Of a stretch of DNA of 64,000 nt, positions 8,634 through 19,846 are shown one piece after another (the first letter of the stretch is position 1; each line of letters starts with the position of its first letter). The DNA lies in contig JBMNLZ010000002.1 in assembly GCA_050953065.1 (NCBI GenBank), positions 544,001 through 608,000 of the forward strand, given 5' to 3'. The position numbers and the translations under genes are program-made. Source of the stretch: Bacilli bacterium. GTDB lineage: Bacteria; Bacillota_I; Bacilli_A; ML615J-28; CAG-698. The notes under the pieces were generated by a model. That model had not been told where the DNA came from and ran no database searches. It worked only from the letters and a program-made list of their open reading frames with translations.

Positions 8634-9653
8634 ATGAATACTAAAAATAATGAAAAATTTGAATTAGTTGAACAAGAAGATAATCAAGTTGTAGAAATAA
8701 AAGAACCATTAACTCCAAAGACTAAAAAACAAACCAGAAGAAATAAGTTTTGGATTGCAATTGGAATTGGTTCTGCTTTGTTTTTATTGATACTAATCAT
8801 AAGTAGTATTTTGTCGATTGGTGAAAAATTAAGAAATATTCATGAATATGTAGAATATGGGTTTTATGTTTTAGCATTTTTTTTAATATATTTCTTAATA
8901 ATTAATCCTGTAAGAGTAGTTCTTTTTGCACCAACTTTTTCTATTGTTAGTATTCTAGATCAAAAAACAGGTAAAAGTTATAGATTATGTAAAAAGATTA
9001 GAAAAAATATTTTATCTAAGACTGAAATTCCTGAAGAAGGGAAAGAAATTCTTACTAGAAAAGCTTCATCAAAAACTGAATTAAAAGAAAACTTACATAC
9101 ATTTTTTAACACTTATGTAAAAAAAGAAATTAATAAAGTTATCTTTAAAAATGCTAAAACGGTAATGATATCAACTGCTATTTCCCAAAATGGAAAACTT
9201 GATATGTTAACTGTGATTGCGGTTAATTTAAAAATGATTAAAGAGATTGTTGAAAAATGTGGATTTAGGCCTAGTTATGCTAAACTAGGAAAACTATCGC
9301 TTAATGTATTAACGACTGCTTTAATTGCAGAAGGGTTAGAAGGAATTGATTTTAATGAATTGTTTCCAAATACAACTGCTAATATATTAGCTGATATTCC
9401 ATTTGTTAGGACTTTGATTAATAGTATTTTGCAAGGTATTTCAAACGCTTTGCTTACTATTAGAATTGGTATTGTTACAAGAAGATATTTATTTTCTGAA
9501 TATAAAGAACTTGATAAGTCAGAAGTTAGGAAAGAAGCGTTTAAAGAGTCAGTTAAAATGTTACCAGTGGTAATAAAAGATGTTATAGCATACTTCCCAA
9601 GTCGTATTGCTAAAATGTTTACAAAACAAAAAATGGATAAAGCAGAAGCTTAA
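8634..9653 (+). CDS. YcjF/DUF697-family membrane protein
   Basis: Two TM helices, then STAISQNGKLD, YAKLGKL and QGISNALLTIRIG; start placed at ATG 8634 after AAGGGG SD. Confidence 0.75.
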   Translation: MNTKNNEKFELVEQEDNQVVEIKEPLTPKTKKQTRRNKFWIAIGIGSALFLLILIISSILSIGEKLRNIHEYVEYGFYVLAFFLIYFLIINPVRVVLFAPTFSIVSILDQKTGKSYRLCKKIRKNILSKTEIPEEGKEILTRKASSKTELKENLHTFFNTYVKKEINKVIFKNAKTVMISTAISQNGKLDMLTVIAVNLKMIKEIVEKCGFRPSYAKLGKLSLNVLTTALIAEGLEGIDFNELFPNTTANILADIPFVRTLINSILQGISNALLTIRIGIVTRRYLFSEYKELDKSEVRKEAFKESVKMLPVVIKDVIAYFPSRIAKMFTKQKMDKAEA

Positions 9654-9676
9654 AAGAGGGAGGATAAGTAGAGCTT

Positions 9677-11281
9677 ATGGTTATTATTGATATAGTTGTT
9701 ATTGTTTTAGTTATATTCTTTTGTTTGCTAGGTTTAAGAAGAGGGCTTTGGAATTCATTGTTTAAATTAATTTCAGCCGTTTTGTGCATACCTTTAGCAA
9801 TTTTATTTGGAAATATTCTTTATGGAAAATTAAAGACAATTAATTTTGATCAACTTACTGGTGGTAAGATTCCAATTGAAAGCATTGATGAGATTGTTCC
9901 TAAATTAAGAGAGATAGAAGGAGCAGCAGAAATATTTGATGCAGTACCTTCATTAGAAGTGTTAATTGAAAATTGGTCAGAAGTTTTTGTAAAGGTTTTA
10001 GTTATATATCTAACTGGGTTAGTTTTATTTGTTGCTATGATATTAATATCTAACTTGCTTTGGCATTTGCTTTTGAAGCATTTCTTCCCAAAAGATATGA
10101 AAATTCGAATTGGCGGAGTCTTTGTTTCATTAGTTCAGTCATTAGTAATTATTAGTTTTATTCTAATGCCAGCAATTATTGCTCGCCCATTAGTTGCTAA
10201 ACTAGAAGAGTCAGAGATTATGACTGAAGAAATGAAAAACGAGATGGCTGCTCCAGTAGATTATGTTGATAGTTCTTTTTCATTTAAGATAGTTTCAAAA
10301 CTAGCCAGTCCTTTTGCAAAAGGGGTTGGTAAATATACACATGAAGATAAGAAATATAATGCTTTTGGTGAAGTAGGAGAAGCTATTGATGTAATAGATT
10401 TAGGTCTTTCAATCAAAAACAGATTGACAGATAATAGCGATATGTTCCATATTGATTTTGGAACAATGAATGTTATTGAATTAAGAGCAGCTTTAAATAA
10501 TATTGGGGATGAATTAGGCAAAATCGATGATTCTTTAAATAAATTAAATCAAACAAGTAATGTTAGAAATGTTACTGAAGAGTTAGTAATATATTTATTG
10601 GAAAAATTGTTTGCTGAATCTGGTTCATTAGAATCAGTTGATTTGTCTAGTATTGATTTTTCAGAAAAGTTTAATATTAAAGATCAAGTTTTACCATTGT
10701 TATTTGCTGAAGCGATTGCACAACTTGAAACACAATATCCGTTCCTTGCAGGTTATGATTTAAGTTCAATGACTTTTGATGAAATCGTTAATGAAATAGT
10801 TGCTTTTGCTGCAGCTGCAGCTTTATATAATGATATTAACTCAATTATGCAAGATATAAATAATATTAATAATATTGATCCAGAAATGATGCTACAATAT
10901 TTTGAAGATATCGAAAACAGTGAGATTGCTCAAGATTTAATTGAGAATGTTATTTCAGAATTAGCTGAAGATGCTGGATTAGAAATAGACGATGTTGATT
11001 TTATAGATGAAGGTCAATTGATGGCAAGATTAATGATTCTTTCAAAATCAACAGATCCTAATGCAGAAGGGTTTGAGGAAGAATGTATAGCAGTAGCATT
11101 AGCTGTAAGTAGAAGTGTTGCAACTTATCAATTTGTAATAATGTCAACTTCACCTACTAAACATATGGTTACTGTTAATTTATCTACATATCTAAATATT
11201 CAATCAGCACTTGCTAATGCTGATCCTGCAATCGATTCAACTGTTCAAGCTAATGTTATGAATATTTATCAAGTAGGATAA
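9677..11281 (+). CDS. CvpA-like membrane domain fused to a long acidic helical extension
   Basis: IDIVVIV...GLRRGLWNSL N-terminus, several TM segments, RIGGVFVSLVQ; about 350-aa acidic tail. Confidence 0.65.
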   Translation: MVIIDIVVIVLVIFFCLLGLRRGLWNSLFKLISAVLCIPLAILFGNILYGKLKTINFDQLTGGKIPIESIDEIVPKLREIEGAAEIFDAVPSLEVLIENWSEVFVKVLVIYLTGLVLFVAMILISNLLWHLLLKHFFPKDMKIRIGGVFVSLVQSLVIISFILMPAIIARPLVAKLEESEIMTEEMKNEMAAPVDYVDSSFSFKIVSKLASPFAKGVGKYTHEDKKYNAFGEVGEAIDVIDLGLSIKNRLTDNSDMFHIDFGTMNVIELRAALNNIGDELGKIDDSLNKLNQTSNVRNVTEELVIYLLEKLFAESGSLESVDLSSIDFSEKFNIKDQVLPLLFAEAIAQLETQYPFLAGYDLSSMTFDEIVNEIVAFAAAAALYNDINSIMQDINNINNIDPEMMLQYFEDIENSEIAQDLIENVISELAEDAGLEIDDVDFIDEGQLMARLMILSKSTDPNAEGFEEECIAVALAVSRSVATYQFVIMSTSPTKHMVTVNLSTYLNIQSALANADPAIDSTVQANVMNIYQVG

Positions 11282-11299
11282 TTTTTAAAATTTAAATTT

Positions 11300-11334
11300 A
11301 ACTTCTTAAGTATTAATTACTTAAGAAGTTTTTT
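11300..11334 (+). terminator. Intrinsic terminator
   Basis: AACTTCTTAAGTA-TTAAT-TACTTAAGAAGTT plus T tract. Confidence 0.85.
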
Positions 11335-11356
11335 GTTTTAAAAACAAAATTATAAA

Positions 11357-11385
11357 TTGTAAAATATTAATCTTTATGGTATAAT
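11357..11385 (+). promoter_or_regulatory. Sigma-A promoter for ABC-F/typA
   Basis: TTGTAA-17 bp-TATAAT with extended -10 TG. Confidence 0.65.
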
Positions 11386-11408
11386 TCTTAAGTATTTAGG
11401 AGCCTTTT

Positions 11409-12938
11409 ATGAGTATTTTAAAAGTAGAAAATTTAAAATTTAGTTATGGCGAAAATGATCTATTTAATAATGTTAATTTTGATTTACATTTAAATGATCA
11501 TTTAGGCTTAGTTGGTGCTAATGGTAGTGGAAAAACAACATTTTTAAATTTAATATCACATAAAATTTATCCTGATAAAGGAAGTGTTACGTGGGATAAT
11601 AAAGTTAGTTTTAGTTACCTAGACCAACATTTAAAGATAGATACCAATATTACTATTGAAAAATATTTATATGATGTTTATGAAGAACTTTTTTTAAAAG
11701 AAAAAGAAATGAATAAACTATATAAATCTTTAGAAAATCCAGATGGAGTTGATATTGACAGGATTTTAAATAAAGCCTATAATATTCAAAGTTATTTAGA
11801 AGAAAAAGATTTTTATCAAATTAAATCAAAAATTGGGAATGTTTTAAATGGCTTAGGGATAAATGTAGAAGAAGATAGACTTCTTAGTGAGTTATCAAGT
11901 GGCCAAAGAATTAAAGTGTTTTTAGCTAAAATGCTTTTAGAAGAAAAGGATGTTTTATTATTAGATGAACCAACTAACTTCTTAGATGCAGTTCATATTG
12001 ATTGGCTAACTAAATATTTGAATAATTATAAAAATGCATTTATTGTAATTTCACATAATTATGTTTTTTTGAATGCAATTTCAAATTGTATTGCAAATCT
12101 TGAGAATAAAGATATTGTTAAATACAGGGGGGATTTTGAAAGTTTTTTGCTTCAAAAAAGTTTAAGGGATAATTTTTATAAAAAAGAATATGAAGCACAA
12201 CAAAAAAGAATTAAAAGTTTACAAGAGTTTGTTGATAAAAATATTGTAAGAGCAACAACTGCCAAACGAGCTAAAAGTAGACAAAAACTTTTAGATAAAA
12301 TTGTGGTTATGGAAAAACCTCAAAGTGAGAAAAAGGTCCATTTTGAGTTTAAGTTTACTAGTGGATTTAATAGAAAAGCATTAATCTTAAATGATTTATG
12401 TATTGGTTATAAGAAGAGTTTATTAGCACCTTTGAATTTTTCTATATCTTTTGGAGAAAAGGTTGTTATTATTGGTAAAAATGGTGTTGGTAAAACAACC
12501 TTTTTAAAAACAATTTTAGGTGAAATTCCTGCCATTAGTGGAAGTTATAAGTTAGATGAATTAAATAAAGTTTTGTATTATAAGCAAGAAGAAGCGTTAG
12601 AAAATATTACCCCGCTTCAGTATATAAAGAATTTATATATGTTAATGACTGATGAGGATATTAGAAAACTACTTGCAAGGTATGGAATAAGGGGAAAACT
12701 TGCTTTAAAGACAATGGATAAGTTAAGTGGTGGAGAAGTAACTAAAGTGAGATTTGCAAGACTTAGTTTAGAAAAATCTAATTTATTGATCCTAGATGAA
12801 CCGACTAATCATTTAGATAATACTGCTAAGAAAGCTTTGTTTGAAGCTGTTAATAAATATGAAGGAACTGTAATCATGGTTTCTCATGAAAAAGAATTTT
12901 ATAAAGAATTAAATATGAAAGAGATTAAATTTGAATGA
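11409..12938 (+). CDS. ABC-F family ribosome-associated ATPase (YfmM-like)
   Basis: Two ABC domains (GANGSGKT/LSSGQ/LLLDEPTN; GKNGVGKT/LSGGE/LILDEPTN), no TM domain, SYLDQH. Confidence 0.92.
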   Translation: MSILKVENLKFSYGENDLFNNVNFDLHLNDHLGLVGANGSGKTTFLNLISHKIYPDKGSVTWDNKVSFSYLDQHLKIDTNITIEKYLYDVYEELFLKEKEMNKLYKSLENPDGVDIDRILNKAYNIQSYLEEKDFYQIKSKIGNVLNGLGINVEEDRLLSELSSGQRIKVFLAKMLLEEKDVLLLDEPTNFLDAVHIDWLTKYLNNYKNAFIVISHNYVFLNAISNCIANLENKDIVKYRGDFESFLLQKSLRDNFYKKEYEAQQKRIKSLQEFVDKNIVRATTAKRAKSRQKLLDKIVVMEKPQSEKKVHFEFKFTSGFNRKALILNDLCIGYKKSLLAPLNFSISFGEKVVIIGKNGVGKTTFLKTILGEIPAISGSYKLDELNKVLYYKQEEALENITPLQYIKNLYMLMTDEDIRKLLARYGIRGKLALKTMDKLSGGEVTKVRFARLSLEKSNLLILDEPTNHLDNTAKKALFEAVNKYEGTVIMVSHEKEFYKELNMKEIKFE

Positions 12939-14752
12939 ATATAAGAAACATTGCAATTATTGCTCATGTTGATCATGGGAAAACAACTTTAGTAGATCAA
13001 TTATTGAAACAATCTGATACTTTAAAAAACAGAGAAACTATTTCAGAACGTGTAATGGATAATAATGCCATAGAAAAAGAAAGAGGCATTACTATTCTTG
13101 CTAAGAATACTGCAATTTATTATAAAGATTATAAGATTAATATTCTAGATACTCCAGGGCACTCTGATTTTAGTGGTGAGGTTGAAAGAATTTTAAAAAT
13201 GGTTGATGGGGTTTTATTAGTAGTAGATGCTTTTGAAGGCTGTATGCCTCAAACTCGTTTTGTTCTTTCAAAAGCATTAGAATATAATTTAAAACCAATT
13301 GTAGTAATAAATAAAATTGATAGAGAGTTTGCAAGACCTAATGAAGTATTAAATGAAGTTTTTGATTTGTTTATTGATTTGAAAGCAAGTGATGAACAAA
13401 TTGATTTTAAGAGTGTTTTTGTTAGTGCTACTTTAGGAACTTCTAGTTTAAATAGTGATATAAAAACTCAAAGTAAAACTATGGCACCTCTACTTGATTT
13501 AATAATTAAAGAAATTCCTTTTCCAAAAGTTAAAAAAGAAGGAGGAATGCAATTTCAAGGAGCTCTATTAGATTATAATGACTATGTTGGAAGAATGGCG
13601 ATTGGAAGAATTGAAAGAGGAACAGTCAAAGTTAATGAAATGGTTTGCTGTTTAAGAAATGATGGTTCTAGAAAAGAGTTTAGAATTCAAAAGTTGTATA
13701 GTTTTTTAGGTTTAAAGAAAATTGAAGTAGAAGAAGCTTATGCTGGGGATATTGTTGCAATTAGTGGTCTAAGTGATATTAATGTTGGTGAGACAGTTTG
13801 TGAGATTGGTATAGAAGAAGCACTTTCTCCAATTAAGATTAGTGAACCAACTGTTGAAATGCTTTTTTCTGTTAGTACAAGTCCTTTTGCTGGTAAAGAA
13901 GGAAAGTTTGTTACTTCAACTAAAATTGATGATAGACTAAATAAAGAAACTCAAAAAGATGTTAGCCTAAAAGTTAAACGAATTGGGATAAGTGATGAGT
14001 GGTTAGTTTTAGGAAGAGGTGAACTTCATTTAGGAATTTTAATTGAACAAATGAGACGTGAAGGATTTGAATTTCAAGTATCAAAACCAAAACCTATTTT
14101 AAAAGAAAAAGATGGTGTTCTTTTTGAACCTTATGAATATGCAGTGATTGATACTCCAAATGATACTGTGGGGTCTGTTATAGAGTTGTTAGGTAATAGA
14201 GGTGGTGCTTTAAAAAATATGAGTAGTGATGATAAGCACACTAAGTTAGTTTATAGTGTTCCTTCAAGAGGCTTAATAGGATTTATGACTGATTTTATGA
14301 CTGTAACAAAAGGCTATGGAACTTTAAGTCATGTTTTTGAAGAATATAAAGAAGTTGAAAATATTAATTATGGTTCTAGAAAACTAGGAGTATTAGTTTC
14401 TACTAATCAAGGTAGAGTAACTGCTTATGGAATTAGTCAAGTAGAAGATCGGGGAGTTTTCTTTGTTGAACCAAATGATGAAGTGTATGAAGGTCAAATT
14501 GTTGGTGAATGTAATAAAGATGATGATTTAGCAGTTAATATAACTAAAGCAAAACAAATGACAAATATGAGAAGTGCAACAAAAGATAGTACTGTTGTTT
14601 TAAAGAGAGCCAAAAAGATGAGCCTTGAAGCATGCTTAGATTATATTAATGATGATGAGTTGCTTGAAATAACTCCTAAAAGTATTAGATTAAGAAAAAA
14701 GATTTTAAATACAGTTGAAAGGAAAAAGTTTGATAGTAGAAAAAGCAATTAA
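12935..14752 (+). CDS. typA: Translational GTPase TypA/BipA
   Basis: [39 protein letters not shown]. Confidence 0.97.
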   Translation: MNIRNIAIIAHVDHGKTTLVDQLLKQSDTLKNRETISERVMDNNAIEKERGITILAKNTAIYYKDYKINILDTPGHSDFSGEVERILKMVDGVLLVVDAFEGCMPQTRFVLSKALEYNLKPIVVINKIDREFARPNEVLNEVFDLFIDLKASDEQIDFKSVFVSATLGTSSLNSDIKTQSKTMAPLLDLIIKEIPFPKVKKEGGMQFQGALLDYNDYVGRMAIGRIERGTVKVNEMVCCLRNDGSRKEFRIQKLYSFLGLKKIEVEEAYAGDIVAISGLSDINVGETVCEIGIEEALSPIKISEPTVEMLFSVSTSPFAGKEGKFVTSTKIDDRLNKETQKDVSLKVKRIGISDEWLVLGRGELHLGILIEQMRREGFEFQVSKPKPILKEKDGVLFEPYEYAVIDTPNDTVGSVIELLGNRGGALKNMSSDDKHTKLVYSVPSRGLIGFMTDFMTVTKGYGTLSHVFEEYKEVENINYGSRKLGVLVSTNQGRVTAYGISQVEDRGVFFVEPNDEVYEGQIVGECNKDDDLAVNITKAKQMTNMRSATKDSTVVLKRAKKMSLEACLDYINDDELLEITPKSIRLRKKILNTVERKKFDSRKSN

Positions 14753-14766
14753 AAGCTTAAAAAGTC

Positions 14767-14795
14767 TTGCAATTTAATAAAAAATATAGTAAAAT
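14767..14795 (+). promoter_or_regulatory. Sigma-A promoter of the arg leader
   Basis: TTGCAA-17 bp-TAAAAT. Confidence 0.6.
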
Positions 14796-14827
14796 ATAGG
14801 GGACCGAAGAAGTTTTTAAGATATTAA

Positions 14828-15052
14828 TCGAAGATCAAGAAGAGTAGTAATATCTTTTTGTTAAAGCAAGTTAGAGATGATGAGAGTCTAACACAAAAAA
14901 TATTATGAACCGCATCTTGGGAGATAACCATTTGAAATAGTAGTAGAATGGTCGTTAATAAGCGTTAATTATTAGAGGGGTTATAGATGTAACAATTAGA
15001 GTGGTACCGCGGAAAGATTTCGTCTCTTTTATTTTTAAAAGAGACTTTTTTT
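14828..15052 (+). ncRNA. T-box riboswitch, Arg specifier (CGC)
   Basis: Stem I with AGTA and GATGAGAG; specifier loop GAAC-CGC-A (14911-14913); T-box AATTAGAGTGGTACCGCG (14994-15011); terminator GTCTCTTTT...AAAAGAGAC-T7. Confidence 0.9.
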
Positions 15053-15081
15053 ATTATATTGATATGAAAAGGAGAAAGTAA

Positions 15082-16296
15082 ATGAAAAAAATTAAAAAAG
15101 TTGTTTTAGCTTATTCAGGAGGTTTAGATACTTCTATTATTATCCCATGGTTGAAAGAAAACTATGGTTGTGAGGTTATTGCTGTTGCTGGTAATTTAGG
15201 TCAAGATAAAGAATTAGAAGGCTTAAAAGAAAAAGCTATTGCTACTGGAGCTTCAAAAATTTATATTGAAGATTTAACAGAAGAATTTATTACTGATTAT
15301 ATATATCCAACTTTAAAAGCTGGAGCTAAATATGAAAACAAATATTTGCTTGGAACTTCATTTGCAAGACCAATTATTGCGAAAAGAGTTGTAGAAATTG
15401 CTTTAAAAGAAAATGCTGATGCCATTGCTCATGGATGTACTGGTAAAGGAAATGACCAAGTAAGGTTTGAATTAACAATTAAAGCTTTTGCTCCTAATAT
15501 GAAAATTATTGCTCCATGGAGGATTTGGGATATTAAGAGTAGAGATGAAGAAATAGATTATGCAATTGCAAAAAATATTCCTTTAAAGATTACAAGAGAA
15601 ACAAACTATTCAAAAGATATGAATATTTGGCATTTATCTCATGAAGGAATGGATTTAGAAGATCCAGCTAATGAACCAAATTTTGATAAGATTTTAGAAT
15701 TAGGTGTTTCACCTGAAAAAGCACCTGATAAACCAACTTATATTACAATTGATTTTGAAAAAGGAATTCCTGTTGCAGTTGATAATAAAAAATTAGATCC
15801 TGTAAAAATGTTAAGGTATTTAAATGAAATTGGCGGAGCAAATGGAATTGGAATCATTGATATGGTAGAAAACAGACTAGTTGGTATGAAGAGTAGAGGT
15901 GTTTATGAAACACCAGGTGGAACGATTCTTTATGCAGCTCATGAAGCGTTAGAATCAATTTGTTTAGATAGAGATACACAACACTACAAACATCAAGTAG
16001 CAATCAGATTTGCTGAGTTAGTATATTATGGACAATGGTTTACACCATTAAGAGAAGCTTTATCTGCTTTTGTTGATAAAACTCAAGAAACTGTGACAGG
16101 GTCAGTAAAATTAAAACTATATAAAGGCAATATTACACCTGCTAGTATTACAAGTCCTTATTCACTATATTCTGAAGAAATCGCAACTTTTGGTGAAGAT
16201 CATGTTTATAACCAAAAAGATTCAGAAGGATTTATAAATTTATTTGGACTACCAATTCAAGTTAAGGCTTTAACTGATAAGAAAAATAAAAAATAG
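15082..16296 (+). CDS. argG: Argininosuccinate synthase
   Basis: [40 protein letters not shown]. Confidence 0.98.
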   Translation: MKKIKKVVLAYSGGLDTSIIIPWLKENYGCEVIAVAGNLGQDKELEGLKEKAIATGASKIYIEDLTEEFITDYIYPTLKAGAKYENKYLLGTSFARPIIAKRVVEIALKENADAIAHGCTGKGNDQVRFELTIKAFAPNMKIIAPWRIWDIKSRDEEIDYAIAKNIPLKITRETNYSKDMNIWHLSHEGMDLEDPANEPNFDKILELGVSPEKAPDKPTYITIDFEKGIPVAVDNKKLDPVKMLRYLNEIGGANGIGIIDMVENRLVGMKSRGVYETPGGTILYAAHEALESICLDRDTQHYKHQVAIRFAELVYYGQWFTPLREALSAFVDKTQETVTGSVKLKLYKGNITPASITSPYSLYSEEIATFGEDHVYNQKDSEGFINLFGLPIQVKALTDKKNKK

Positions 16297-16307
16297 GAGA
16301 AAAATTT

Positions 16308-17690
16308 ATGAAAAAAATGTGGGCAGGAAGATTTGAAAAAAATCTAAATAAAAAAGTTGATGATTTTAATTCTTCATTACATTTTGATATGAGAATGTAT
16401 CAAGAAGACATTATTGGATCGATTGCTCATGTTGAAATGCTTGCAGAGCAAGGAATAATAAGTAATGAAGATTCAAAAAAAATCAAGAATGGTTTAATTG
16501 AAATTCTTGATGAAATTAATAATGGTAAACTTGAGATTAAAGATGCTGAAGATATTCATATGTTTGTTGAAGCAAAACTAATAGAAAAGTTAGGTGAAGT
16601 TGGTAAAAAACTACATACTGCAAGAAGTAGAAACGATCAAGTAGCTCTAGATATAAAGTTATATTTAAAAAAAGAAATAACTTTAATTAAAAAAGAATTA
16701 ATTCAATTAATTGAAAAAACATTAAAAATTGCAGAAGATAATAAAACTAGTGTAATGCCTGGATATACTCATCTTCAAAGAGCTCAACCCATTACCTTTG
16801 CTCATCACTTATTGGCATATTGTTTTATGTTCTTAAGAGATACTGAAAGATTAGATGATACATATAAAAGAATGGATTATTCACCACTTGGTGCTTGTGC
16901 TTTAGCTGGAACAACTTATCCAATTAATAGAGTTAATGTTGCTAAAAAATTAGAGTTTGAAGGAGTTGTTTTAAATAGTCTTGATGCAGTGTCTGATAGA
17001 GATTATGTAATAGAACTAGCTTCAAATATTTCAGTAATTATGATGCATTTGTCAAGATTTTCAGAAGAAGTTATTCTTTGGAGTACTTCTGAATTTAAAT
17101 ACATTGAATTAGATGATGCTTATTCGACTGGCTCTAGTATTATGCCACAAAAGAAAAATCCTGATGTTGCAGAACTTGTAAGAGGAAAATCAGGAAGATC
17201 ATTTGGTAATTTGATGGCTTTGTTGACTGTTTTTAAAGGGCTACCTTTAGCATATAATAAAGATATGCAAGAAGATAAAGAAGCTATTTTTGATAGTATA
17301 GATACAGTGAAAATGTGTTTAAGTGTTTTTGGTGATATGTTAGCTTCTATTAAAGTAAATAAAGATAAAATGAAAGAAGCCGCTAGTAGTGGTTTCATGA
17401 ACGCTACAGATGTTGCTGATTATTTAACTAAAAAAGGTTTAGCCTTTAGAGAAAGTTATGAAGTTGCAGGGAAGTTAGTGGCTGAAGCAATAAAATCTAA
17501 GTATACTTTTGAGTCAATGCCACTTGATGTATACAAAAAATTTAGTAATAAATTTGAAGATGATATTTATAAGGTAGTTGATATTGAAAAATGTGCTTTC
17601 AGTAGAAATTCTTTAGGTGGTCCTGCTGTAAAAGAAGTAGAAAAACAAATTGAATATATAAAGAAAGAAATTAAAAAAAATGAAGTATAA
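16308..17690 (+). CDS. argH: Argininosuccinate lyase
   Basis: MWAGRF, HTARSRNDQ, GYTHLQRAQP, GSSIMPQKKNPD. Confidence 0.98.
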   Translation: MKKMWAGRFEKNLNKKVDDFNSSLHFDMRMYQEDIIGSIAHVEMLAEQGIISNEDSKKIKNGLIEILDEINNGKLEIKDAEDIHMFVEAKLIEKLGEVGKKLHTARSRNDQVALDIKLYLKKEITLIKKELIQLIEKTLKIAEDNKTSVMPGYTHLQRAQPITFAHHLLAYCFMFLRDTERLDDTYKRMDYSPLGACALAGTTYPINRVNVAKKLEFEGVVLNSLDAVSDRDYVIELASNISVIMMHLSRFSEEVILWSTSEFKYIELDDAYSTGSSIMPQKKNPDVAELVRGKSGRSFGNLMALLTVFKGLPLAYNKDMQEDKEAIFDSIDTVKMCLSVFGDMLASIKVNKDKMKEAASSGFMNATDVADYLTKKGLAFRESYEVAGKLVAEAIKSKYTFESMPLDVYKKFSNKFEDDIYKVVDIEKCAFSRNSLGGPAVKEVEKQIEYIKKEIKKNEV

Positions 17691-18612
17691 AGTATTTATA
17701 GATGGCCAAGAAGGAACTACTGGTCTTAGAATTTTTGAAAGATTAAAAAATAGAAATGAAATTGAACTTCTTAGTATTGATAGTGATTTAAGAAAAGATA
17801 GTGTTGAACGTCAAAAACTAATAAATCAATCTGATTTAACAATTCTTTGTTTACCAGATGTTGCAAGCAAAGAAGCAGTTACTTTAGTTACTAATCCAAA
17901 TACTAAAATAATTGATGCTTCAACTGCTTTTAGGACATCTAATGATTGGGCGTATGGACTACCTGAATTATCAAATAATCATTTTGAGAAAATTAAAAAT
18001 TCTAAAAGAGTTGCTGTTCCAGGATGTCATGCAAGTGGTTTTATTTCTTTAGTATATCCTTTGGTTGTTAATAATATCATTGATAAATCTGCTATTATGT
18101 CATGTGTTTCAGTGACTGGATATAGTGGTGGTGGTAAAAAAATGATTGCAGATTATGAGAATAAATCAAGAGATATTGCACTAGATAGTCCAAGACAATA
18201 TGCTTTAACTCAAATGCATAAACATTTGCCTGAAATGAAAACTATCTGTGGGTTAGAAAATGAACCAATCTTTATTCCGATAGTATCAGATTATTATTGT
18301 GGTATGGTTGTGAATGTTACTTTACATAAAAATAATATGAAAACAGTTAAAACATTTGAAGAAATAAAAAAGATGTATAGTGATTTCTACAAAAACCAAA
18401 AATGTGTTAGATATATTAAAACAGAGGATGCTTATCTTGCAAGCAATACTCTTGCAGAAAAAGACTATTTGGAAATATTTGTTTTTGGAAATGATGAAAG
18501 AATGACACTAGTTGCAAGATTTGATAATTTGGGCAAAGGTGCAAGTGGTGCTGCTGTGCAATGTATGAATATCATGCTTGGACTAGATCCAACAACTGGA
18601 CTAGCTCTATAA
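17680..18612 (+). CDS. argC: N-acetyl-gamma-glutamyl-phosphate reductase (type 2)
   Basis: IDGQEGTTG, IDASTAFR, VPGCH, GYSGGG, DNLGKGASG. Confidence 0.95.
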   Translation: MKYKVFIDGQEGTTGLRIFERLKNRNEIELLSIDSDLRKDSVERQKLINQSDLTILCLPDVASKEAVTLVTNPNTKIIDASTAFRTSNDWAYGLPELSNNHFEKIKNSKRVAVPGCHASGFISLVYPLVVNNIIDKSAIMSCVSVTGYSGGGKKMIADYENKSRDIALDSPRQYALTQMHKHLPEMKTICGLENEPIFIPIVSDYYCGMVVNVTLHKNNMKTVKTFEEIKKMYSDFYKNQKCVRYIKTEDAYLASNTLAEKDYLEIFVFGNDERMTLVARFDNLGKGASGAAVQCMNIMLGLDPTTGLAL

Positions 18613-18624
18613 AGGAAGGTCAAA

Positions 18625-19836
18625 ATGAAAGTTATAACAAACGGAATATGCGCTGCTAAAGGATTTAAAGGAGCGGGCATTCACTGTGGTATTAGAAAAA
18701 ATCGTAGCAAGAAAGATTTAGCTTTAATCTTTAGTGAAAAAAAAGCTAGTGCAGCTTGTGTTTATACTACTAATCTAGTTAAAGGTGCACCAATCTATGT
18801 TACACAAAGAAATGTTGCTGATGGATTTGCACAAGCAATAATTTGCAATAGTGGTAATGCTAATACTTGTAATGCTAATGGACAAGAAATAGCTCAAAAA
18901 ATGTGTGATTTGGTAGCAAATGAATTAAAGATAAATGCTAGTGATGTTATAGTTGCATCAACTGGTGTTATTGGGGAACCTCTTAATATTAAAGCAATTG
19001 AAGATAATATTGATATTTTGGTTGCATCCCTTGGTAATGATAGTAGTAGTGTGGCACATGCTATAATGACAACTGATTTAGTTGAAAAAGAAATTGCTGT
19101 TTCTTTTGAAATTTCAGGAGTTGAGTGTAGATTAGGTGGAGTTGCAAAAGGCTCTGGAATGATTAATCCTAATATGGCAACAATGTTAGTTTTCTTAACA
19201 ACTGATGTTAGTATAGAAAAAAGTTTGTTACAAAAAGCATTACTTGATGCAACAAACGATACTTTTAATATGGTAAGTGTTGATGGCGATACATCAACTA
19301 ATGATATGGTGAGTATTCTTGCCAATGGTATGGCGAACAATAAAACAATTACAAAAATAGATGCTGATTATCAAACATTTTATAATGCTTTAGTTTATGT
19401 GATGAAACATTTATCTAAAGCAATTGCACAAGATGGAGAAGGTGCTACTAAACTATTAGAGTGTAATGTAGTCGGTGCTCCAACAAAAGAAGCAGCTAGA
19501 ATAATTGCTAAAAAAGTTATTTCTTCATGCTTAGTTAAAGCAGCAATGTTTGGTTCTGATGCTAACTGGGGAAGAGTTTTATGTGCCATTGGTTATAGTG
19601 GAGTAGATGTTAAAATTAATTTAATTGATGTAAAATTTGAAAGTGAAAAAGGGGAAATTTTGGTTTGTCAAAATGGAGCTGGAGTACGCTTTGATGAAGA
19701 GAATGCGAAATCAATTTTAAAAGAAAAATATGTAAAGATTAATATTTCTTTAAACCAAGGGAACTTCAATGCTACTGCTTGGGGCTGTGATTTAACATAT
19801 GATTATGTAAAAATTAACGGCGATTATAGAAGTTAG
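18625..19836 (+). CDS. argJ: Ornithine acetyltransferase/N-acetylglutamate synthase
   Basis: NSGNAN, STGVIG, KGSGMINPNMATML, DGDTSTND, DGEGATK. Confidence 0.97.
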   Translation: MKVITNGICAAKGFKGAGIHCGIRKNRSKKDLALIFSEKKASAACVYTTNLVKGAPIYVTQRNVADGFAQAIICNSGNANTCNANGQEIAQKMCDLVANELKINASDVIVASTGVIGEPLNIKAIEDNIDILVASLGNDSSSVAHAIMTTDLVEKEIAVSFEISGVECRLGGVAKGSGMINPNMATMLVFLTTDVSIEKSLLQKALLDATNDTFNMVSVDGDTSTNDMVSILANGMANNKTITKIDADYQTFYNALVYVMKHLSKAIAQDGEGATKLLECNVVGAPTKEAARIIAKKVISSCLVKAAMFGSDANWGRVLCAIGYSGVDVKINLIDVKFESEKGEILVCQNGAGVRFDEENAKSILKEKYVKINISLNQGNFNATAWGCDLTYDYVKINGDYRS

Positions 19837-19846
19837 GAGATTTAAA

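Noticed and set aside
7612-11334. Possible integrated element next to tRNA-Lys
   Set aside because: No integrase, no att duplication and no evident compositional shift.
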